A stretch of 64,000 nucleotides of DNA. Source: Candidatus Eiseniibacteriota bacterium (GTDB lineage Bacteria > Eisenbacteria > RBG-16-71-46 > CAVPCR01). Positions 56,188 to 64,000 of the stretch are shown here, piece after piece (the first letter of the stretch is position 1; each line of letters opens with the position of its first letter). The notes beneath the pieces are model-generated. The model was not told the origin of the DNA. It worked only from the letters and a program-made list of their open reading frames with translations, and searched no databases. The stretch lies in assembly GCA_963823555.1 (NCBI GenBank), contig CAWGMA010000001.1, forward strand, positions 544,001-608,000. Reading direction: 5' to 3'. The position numbers were made by a program, and so were the translations under genes.

Positions 56188-57003
56188 ATGATGGCGGCAG
56201 ATCATGCTGCGCTCGAGGCTCGACGGCGCGTGGCTACGGCGGCCGCCCTCGAGGCCGGTCGCGCTTTGCGGCAGTACTTCGGCAAGCCTCTCGAATCGCG
56301 CCTCAAGCAGGGTGGGTCCATGGTCTCCGCGGCCGATCACGCCGCGGAGGACATCCTGCGCGAGTGGGTCGCCAGGGAGTTCCCCGGGGATTCGATCCTG
56401 GCCGAGGAAGGCGGGTTCGTGCCGGGAGACCAGACCTGGTGCTGGACGCTGGATGGTCTCGATGGAACGCAGAATTTCCTGGCGGGGATTCCGCTCTTCG
56501 CCGTTGCCTTGGCGGTGCTCATGGAGCGCTCGCCCGCCGTGGCCGTGATCCACGATCCGGTGCGGCAGGTCAGCTACACGGCGCACAGGGGGGGTGGGGC
56601 ATGGTGCGAGGATGATCCCATCAGGGTCAACCCCCGCCCCCTCGATCCATCATCGTTGATTGCCGTGAGGCATCGCTTCCTCCGGCGCGAGGCCGATCGA
56701 ATCTACGATGCCCTGCCGTCGAGGAAGTTCCGCAGTCTGGGTAGCATGTCGATCGAACTCGCCTACACCGCCAGCGGTGCGCTCGCCGGACTGGTGGCCA
56801 ACAGGCCGCACCTGTGGGACATCGCCCCCGGCGTGCTCCTCATCGAGGAAGGAGGAGGCTCGGCCCTGAGTTTCGACGGCAGCACCATCTTCCCTCTTGG
56901 CCACGAGCCTGGCAACGAGCCCGACCGCCGCTACAGGATTGCTGCCGGGAACCCGACGGTCGTCACCGAGCTGGTGGCGCACCTGCGCGACCTGCCCTTG
57001 TAG
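56188..57003 (+). CDS. Inositol monophosphatase family protein
   Basis: AD..AE, ILAEE, WTLDGLDGTQNF, R.LGS, WDIAPG.L...EGGG. Confidence 0.9.
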   Translation: MMAADHAALEARRRVATAAALEAGRALRQYFGKPLESRLKQGGSMVSAADHAAEDILREWVAREFPGDSILAEEGGFVPGDQTWCWTLDGLDGTQNFLAGIPLFAVALAVLMERSPAVAVIHDPVRQVSYTAHRGGGAWCEDDPIRVNPRPLDPSSLIAVRHRFLRREADRIYDALPSRKFRSLGSMSIELAYTASGALAGLVANRPHLWDIAPGVLLIEEGGGSALSFDGSTIFPLGHEPGNEPDRRYRIAAGNPTVVTELVAHLRDLPL

Positions 57004-57066
57004 GTCCGGCAAGCGGTTCCCAGGCCTGCCGGCGTGCCGTTGTCGTCGTCGCGTGGTCGCCAGGAT

Positions 57067-57372
57067 CTAGTAGCTACTTCCGCCGTAACCGCCGCGTCCA
57101 CGGCCGCCGCCACCACCGCCGCCCTCACGCGGTCTCGCCTCGTTGACCGTCAGAGCCCGGCCCTTCATCTCCATGCCGTTCAGCGCCGAGATGGCCGCCT
57201 GGGCCTCTTCGTCCGAGCCCATCTCGACGAAGCCGAATCCCTTGGAACGACCCGTCTCCCGATCCACGATTACCTGTGCCGACTGCACAGCCCCGTGTGC
57301 CGCGAACATCTGCGCGAGATCATCATCGCTGACATTGTATGGCAAGTTGCCGACGTAAACCCTGTTACCCAT
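57067..57372 (-). CDS. RRM (RNP-1) RNA-binding protein, second paralogue
   Basis: VYVGNL, KGFGFVEM, VNEARPR, Gly-rich tail; RBS AGGAG. Confidence 0.95.
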   Translation of the reverse strand: MGNRVYVGNLPYNVSDDDLAQMFAAHGAVQSAQVIVDRETGRSKGFGFVEMGSDEEAQAAISALNGMEMKGRALTVNEARPREGGGGGGGRGRGGYGGSSY

Positions 57373-57519
57373 GCGTTTCGTAGCTCCTGAACCATTGAGA
57401 GTGCCGGCCAAGCCATCGCCCCTCGTGGGTCCCGACTGTGGACGGCGGGGAAGAACCCGCAACATGCAGCAGATCGGCGTGAAGAATGCGGTCGTTGCCA
57501 GCGCGGGTTCAAAACAAGA

Positions 57520-58629
57520 TCAGAATGTGGAGTCTAGAGCCCTTTCCTCGCCTGAAGATTCCGCGTCGCCACTTGGACTTCCCTGCGTGGCGGCGGAATC
57601 CGGGTCCTCTGGATCGCGGTCGCCTTCCGGCGCGGCATCCAGCCCTTCGGGGGCTGAAACCCCGGCTTCGTCCGCGGGGGGAGGCGATGGTTGTGGTTGC
57701 CCATCGATCTCGCCCACCGGGAGAGCCTCCAGAACCATCGTCTGGCCGCTCGTCACCATGCACCATTCGATCTCGGCCGGCTCTTCAAGGATCTCCTCCA
57801 CGCCGAGCGCCATGGTGCATAGATTGCGGATGGCCGGGTCCTTGAGCACGACCGAGTTCCGGCGGTTCTTGGGCACCGGCACGATGCCGCTTGCCGAGAC
57901 CATGATGTCCTTGGTGACGATCCGCTTGTAGCGCAAAGCCATCGTCCGCCGGTCGACATGGTAGATGTCCGGGGTCGCCTGCGCCGCCGAGCCTTGACCC
58001 ATGCCCCAGAAAGCAGTGATGACCAGCCGATCCCGGTCGCCCGTGCCGGGATCCGCGGTGAAGATGGTGCCCGAGGACACCGGGTGCACCATGACTTGAA
58101 TGAGCACCGCAGGGCGCAACCGGGCATGATCGACCCCGGCGCGCTGTGCCGCCGTGATCACCGACGGCTGCCAGATCGAAGCCCACACGTCGCGCACGGC
58201 CTGGAAGAGATCTTTCTCTCCAAGCACATTGAGATGCGGCTCGGCATGTCCGGAGACTGGACTCCGCATGAGATCGTCGCAGGCCAAGGAAAGGCGTACG
58301 ACCACGCGGGGACGCTGGCCCAGCGTGCGGTAGACGGTCGACAGGCTGAACGCTACCTCGGCGGGAATCGCCGCTTCGAGGATGCGGGCATGGATGGTCT
58401 CGGCGGTGGAGAGGACATCGGGACCTTCAGGCAGGGCATGGAAGGCCGTGACGGCGTCCCCGATTCCGGAGTCCTTGAGGAAGGCGTCGTAGGCAAGAGC
58501 CTTGAGGCAGAAGCCCTTCGGTACTGGAACGCCACGGGCGAGAACCTCACCGAGAAGCGCCCCCTTGCCGCCGGCCTGGCTCACCTTGGCACGGTTAATG
58601 TCTTCCAGGCCAACAACATATTCATCCAT
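57520..58629 (-). CDS. Stand-alone PEP/pyruvate-binding (PEP synthase N-terminal ATP-grasp) domain protein, degenerate
   Basis: GGKG..LG, VPVPKGF, VWAS, AVLIQ.MV, FTADP, EIEW; no His-swivel or C-terminal domain; acidic tail. Confidence 0.82.
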   Translation of the reverse strand: MDEYVVGLEDINRAKVSQAGGKGALLGEVLARGVPVPKGFCLKALAYDAFLKDSGIGDAVTAFHALPEGPDVLSTAETIHARILEAAIPAEVAFSLSTVYRTLGQRPRVVVRLSLACDDLMRSPVSGHAEPHLNVLGEKDLFQAVRDVWASIWQPSVITAAQRAGVDHARLRPAVLIQVMVHPVSSGTIFTADPGTGDRDRLVITAFWGMGQGSAAQATPDIYHVDRRTMALRYKRIVTKDIMVSASGIVPVPKNRRNSVVLKDPAIRNLCTMALGVEEILEEPAEIEWCMVTSGQTMVLEALPVGEIDGQPQPSPPPADEAGVSAPEGLDAAPEGDRDPEDPDSAATQGSPSGDAESSGEERALDSTF

Positions 58630-59102
58630 GCAGTCTCGCCCTCCACCAACCCGAGATCGAAGAAGGCTACCATTAAACGAGCACAGCCGGGACCTGTAAA
58701 GGGGAAAACCGGCCTGAGCGCACCGAATCGCCGGTGCATCCACCAATCTGGTATGGGCTTGGGAATGCCGCCGAACCCTGCAGAGGAGCTGGCCGGAACG
58801 TCGGCGGGAGCCTGGCGGCCGGGCGGGAACCCTCGTTCTCGTAGGGTCTCCTTTTCGGACTACCGGGCCTTGTGATAGCGTTCTCCGATGGCAGGTGGCG
58901 GGGCAGGCGCGTCCGACGTCCCTGGCCCTCGGCTTTCCGGACCGATTACCTATCTATAATAACTCCAGTGACTTAAGCCCGAGTGGCAGTTGCCGCGGGC
59001 GGTCCTGGGATACCCTCAGCTCGCGACGGCTCGTCACGGTCATGAGTCCGGCGCGGTCGCCGGCTCCCGGCGGGGCCGGGAGGATGACGGGGAGGTTGCA
59101 TC

Positions 59103-61193
<2,091 letters not shown>

Positions 61194-61225
61194 GGACGGT
61201 GTGCGGGGACCGTTAAGGAGCGGCG

Positions 61226-61984
61226 ATGTCAGGCCATTCGAAGTGGAGCCAGATCAAGCGCAAGAAAGGCAAGGCCGACCAGGAGCGGGGGCGGCTCTTC
61301 GGCAGGCTCATCCGTGAAATCACCATCGCTGCGCGCGATGGCGGTGGCGATCCCGATGGCAACGCGCGGCTGCGTGCCGCCATCCAGACCGCCAAGGCCA
61401 ATGCCATGCCTGCGGCCAACATCGAGCGAGCGATCAAGAAGGGCACGGGCGAACTCGAGGGTGAGAGCTACGAAGAGTTCAGCTACGAGGGATACGCTCC
61501 TGGTGGCGTTGCGCTGATGATCGACGTTCTCACCGACAACAAGAATCGGACCACCTCTGAGATTCGCCATCTGCTCTCACGCGCCGGTGGCAATCTCGGT
61601 GAATCGGGATGTGTGGCCTTTCTGTTCGCCGACCGTGGTTCGATTCAAGTTGACCGCAAGGTATGCGATGAAGAGACGATCCTCGAGGTGGCAGCGGAGG
61701 CCGGAGCTCTCGATGTCAACATCGAGATGGAGGAGACCTTCGAGGTATTGACCGAGCCGAACGCCCTGCATCAGGTTGCCCGCTATCTCGAGCAGAAATC
61801 GATCCCGCATCACGATGTGCGCCGGGTTCGCATGCCGACGACCACCGTGCCTCTGGACCGCGAATCCGCCGGCAAGGTGCTCAAGCTCCTCGACCTGCTC
61901 GAGGATCATGATGACGTGCAGAACGTCTGGTCCAACTTCGACATTCCGGACGATGTCATGTCCAGCCTGACCTCGGCGGCCTGA
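61226..61984 (+). CDS. yebC: YebC/PmpR family protein
   Basis: MSGHSKWSQIK, YEGY.PGG, TDNKNRT, LEDHDDVQNV. Confidence 0.95.
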   Translation: MSGHSKWSQIKRKKGKADQERGRLFGRLIREITIAARDGGGDPDGNARLRAAIQTAKANAMPAANIERAIKKGTGELEGESYEEFSYEGYAPGGVALMIDVLTDNKNRTTSEIRHLLSRAGGNLGESGCVAFLFADRGSIQVDRKVCDEETILEVAAEAGALDVNIEMEETFEVLTEPNALHQVARYLEQKSIPHHDVRRVRMPTTTVPLDRESAGKVLKLLDLLEDHDDVQNVWSNFDIPDDVMSSLTSAA

Positions 61985-62005
61985 GATCCGACCGATGGGT
62001 GCCTC

Positions 62006-62533
62006 GTGGTGATCCTCGGGATCGATCCCGGCGCCGCCGCGACGGGCTACGGCTTTCTCGTCGGGGATGCCAACGCGTGGCACTATCTCGATTCCGGCGT
62101 CATTCGCCCACCTGCTCGAGTGCCGCTTGCCGATCGACTGCTTGCCCTCGACCAGGCGCTGCGCCAGCTCGTCGATCGCCACGCCCCGGATGAGGTGGCC
62201 GTCGAGAGCTTGTTCCATGCCCGGAGCCCGCGCACGGCCATCGTCCTCGGCCATGCCCGCGGCGTCGTGCTCCTGGCGGCGGCCAGCCGCGGCGCGGGGG
62301 TGGCCGAATACGCGCCGCGCGAGATCAAGATGGCGGTGACCGGCCTCGGCGCCGCCTCCAAGGAGCAGGTACGGGCGATGGTGCGCCGCTTGGTAACGAC
62401 CCCGCCGAGACTGGCGCTGGACGCCGCCGATGCCCTGGCGGTAGCCCTCTGTCACGCGCAGCGGCGGCAGATCCAGGCCACGCTGGCCCGAGCGGTTCCC
62501 GGCGGCGCGGGCTCTTCCCGGGGGCGGCGATGA
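62006..62533 (+). CDS. ruvC: Holliday junction resolvase
   Basis: ILGIDPG, AVE, GHARGV, K.AVTG.G.ASKEQV, DAADALAVA. Confidence 0.95.
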   Translation: MVILGIDPGAAATGYGFLVGDANAWHYLDSGVIRPPARVPLADRLLALDQALRQLVDRHAPDEVAVESLFHARSPRTAIVLGHARGVVLLAAASRGAGVAEYAPREIKMAVTGLGAASKEQVRAMVRRLVTTPPRLALDAADALAVALCHAQRRQIQATLARAVPGGAGSSRGRR

Positions 62534-63138
62534 TCGCGCGAGTGGCGGGAAACCTCGTCGAGAAGCTGCCGACCCAGGTCCTGGTCGATGTCGGGGGAGT
62601 GGGTTACGAGATCGCGATCCCCGTTTCCACGTTCCAGCGCCTACCCGAGCCTGGAAGCCGGGTCGTGCTGCTCACCCACCTCGTCATGCGCGAGGATGCA
62701 GCCCTTCTCTTCGGGTTCGGCACGGCCGAGGAGCGCGAGCTGTTTCGGATGCTCATCACCGTGTCGGGGATAGGTCCCAAGACCGCGCTCGCCATCCTCT
62801 CCGGAATCGAGCTCGGTCGTCTGCGCAACGCGATCACCAGCGCTGAGGTCGACGTCTTGCGTGCGATCCCCGGGATCGGGAAGAAGACGGCCGAGCGCCT
62901 CGTCGTCGACCTTCGTGACCGCCTGCCAGCGGCCGGGGCCGAGGAGTCGGCCGCGGCGCATGCCGCCCGCGCTCTCGGATGCCCCCCTGAAATGTACCGC
63001 GACGCGGTAGCCGCCATGGTCTCGCTCGGCTACAGCGCCTCCGCCGCCCAGGCGGCGGCGAAGCGGGTGCTCGCCGCAGCCGAGGAACCGCTTGCGCTCG
63101 ATGAGCTCGTGAAGCGCGCGCTCGCGGCGGCGCGCTGA
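62530..63138 (+). CDS. ruvA: Holliday junction branch migration protein
   Basis: DVGGVGY, RED...LFGF, VSGIGPK.A, PGIGKKTAER, SLGY. Confidence 0.95.
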   Translation: MIARVAGNLVEKLPTQVLVDVGGVGYEIAIPVSTFQRLPEPGSRVVLLTHLVMREDAALLFGFGTAEERELFRMLITVSGIGPKTALAILSGIELGRLRNAITSAEVDVLRAIPGIGKKTAERLVVDLRDRLPAAGAEESAAAHAARALGCPPEMYRDAVAAMVSLGYSASAAQAAAKRVLAAAEEPLALDELVKRALAAAR

Positions 63139-63141
63139 TCC

Positions 63142-63170
63142 TTGACACTCGCCCCGCGCCTGCCTAGTCT
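63142..63170 (+). promoter_or_regulatory. Sigma70-type promoter immediately after ruvA
   Basis: TTGACA-17 bp-TAGTCT, 41 bp before ATG 63211. Confidence 0.7.
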
Positions 63171-63210
63171 GCCCGCAGCCGATCCCGGGCCCGTCTTCCG
63201 GATTGCACCC

Positions 63211-64000
63211 ATGAGGCCGAACTTCCTCCTACTAGCTCTCATGTTCGCCGTGGTCGCCGCTTGCACCGGCGGGTGCGGCTCGAGTGGGCCGCCTGCTCCC
63301 CCGCCCGGTCTGACCGACATGCCGACCCGGTCCGACGCGCCGCCGGCCTTCTACGTCGATACCACCTCCCTGGTCGCCGACGAATCCTCGACCGGGGTTC
63401 GCGTCACCGTCTCCGCGCCCCTCAATCAGCTGCCGTTCACCAAGCGTCAGGGTGGGGGCTACGAGGCCGAGTTCGAGATGTCGGCCATCTTCTATGACAA
63501 GAACGCGGAGCAGGTGACGGGCGACGTCTGGCGCTACAAGACGACCGCCGAGCACTATCGTGAGACCACATCCAGCCGCAAGAGCTACACCGCCACTGCT
63601 GACTTCGCTCTGGAACCGGGTGAGTACACGCTGGTCGTTCATGTCTCGGCGGTCGGCGGCTCCGGCGGCTCGTCGGCGACACGCGTCGTCTACGTGAGCC
63701 CCCTCTCCAGCCAGGGCGTGCAGGTCTCGGCCATCGAGATCGGGTCATGCGCGGATTCCCTCTCCGGGGTGGCCGGTCCGGATGCCACCGCCTTCACGGC
63801 CAGTCTGACCCGTCGCTTCGGCGACCCGCTCCCTCACGTTTGCGCCCGCGGCGAGGTCTTCGCGCGGGGCGCAGGGGCCGGGGAGGCGGTGATCCTCACC
63901 ATGGAGACCATCGACCGCAGCGGGCAGGGCCATTCGACCACCGTTGACACGCTGATCGTGGTGGGCACCCGAACGGCGTTCTTGATCCCGATGCCGGTGG
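63211..64000 (+). CDS. Exported/lipoprotein, 3'-truncated; resembles N-terminal region of GWxTD-domain proteins
   Basis: Open frame MRPNFLLLALMFAVVAACTGGCG...QLPFTK...YEAEFEMS.IFYD...QVTGD...LEPGEY.L runs to the window end. It is missing from the ORF track because it has no stop. Confidence 0.7.
   Translation, partial: MRPNFLLLALMFAVVAACTGGCGSSGPPAPPPGLTDMPTRSDAPPAFYVDTTSLVADESSTGVRVTVSAPLNQLPFTKRQGGGYEAEFEMSAIFYDKNAEQVTGDVWRYKTTAEHYRETTSSRKSYTATADFALEPGEYTLVVHVSAVGGSGGSSATRVVYVSPLSSQGVQVSAIEIGSCADSLSGVAGPDATAFTASLTRRFGDPLPHVCARGEVFARGAGAGEAVILTMETIDRSGQGHSTTVDTLIVVGTRTAFLIPMPV

Overview
A 64-kb window of a high-GC bacterial chromosome. Two secreted proteins with C-terminal FlgD-Ig/'PNPF' sorting-type domains and many lipoproteins suggest an FCB-superphylum lineage such as Eisenbacteria or Krumholzibacteria (inference), probably from a metagenome assembly. 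(1) 1-11.5 kb: alternative complex III (actB-G), SCO and an A2-type caa3 cytochrome c oxidase operon; coxA carries about 11 apparent +1 insertions, probably assembly errors. (2) 11.7-14.5 kb: a lipoprotein, YbaK, an RRM protein and a G-rich tandem repeat. (3) 14.8-22.5 kb: co-oriented small accessory genes, including a GNAT-NUDIX fusion, a lipoprotein Rid homologue, Tag and a deleted VOC remnant. (4) 22.6-26.7 kb: an archaeal-type HMG-CoA synthase/thiolase/DUF35 operon, preceded by a twin-repeat unknown protein and divergent from a MerR regulator with a Cys-rich tail. (5) 26.8-52.8 kb: metallopeptidase, OPT, GT2 and flippase, MFS, DRG-type GTPase, 9xPKD surface protein, S9 peptidase, MutY, NDH-2, YchF, LytS/LytTR and PIG-L. 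(6) 52.8-64 kb: uvrC, an unusual macrodomain-MoaD(GG) fusion coupled to moaE and an inositol monophosphatase, a degenerate stand-alone PEP-synthase ATP-grasp domain, an EF-G paralogue and yebC-ruvC-ruvA. The best candidate for an undescribed system is the macrodomain-ubiquitin-like/MoaE locus. I recognised no rRNA, tRNA, CRISPR array, transposase or integrase. All family calls come from motif recognition by eye; no searches were run.
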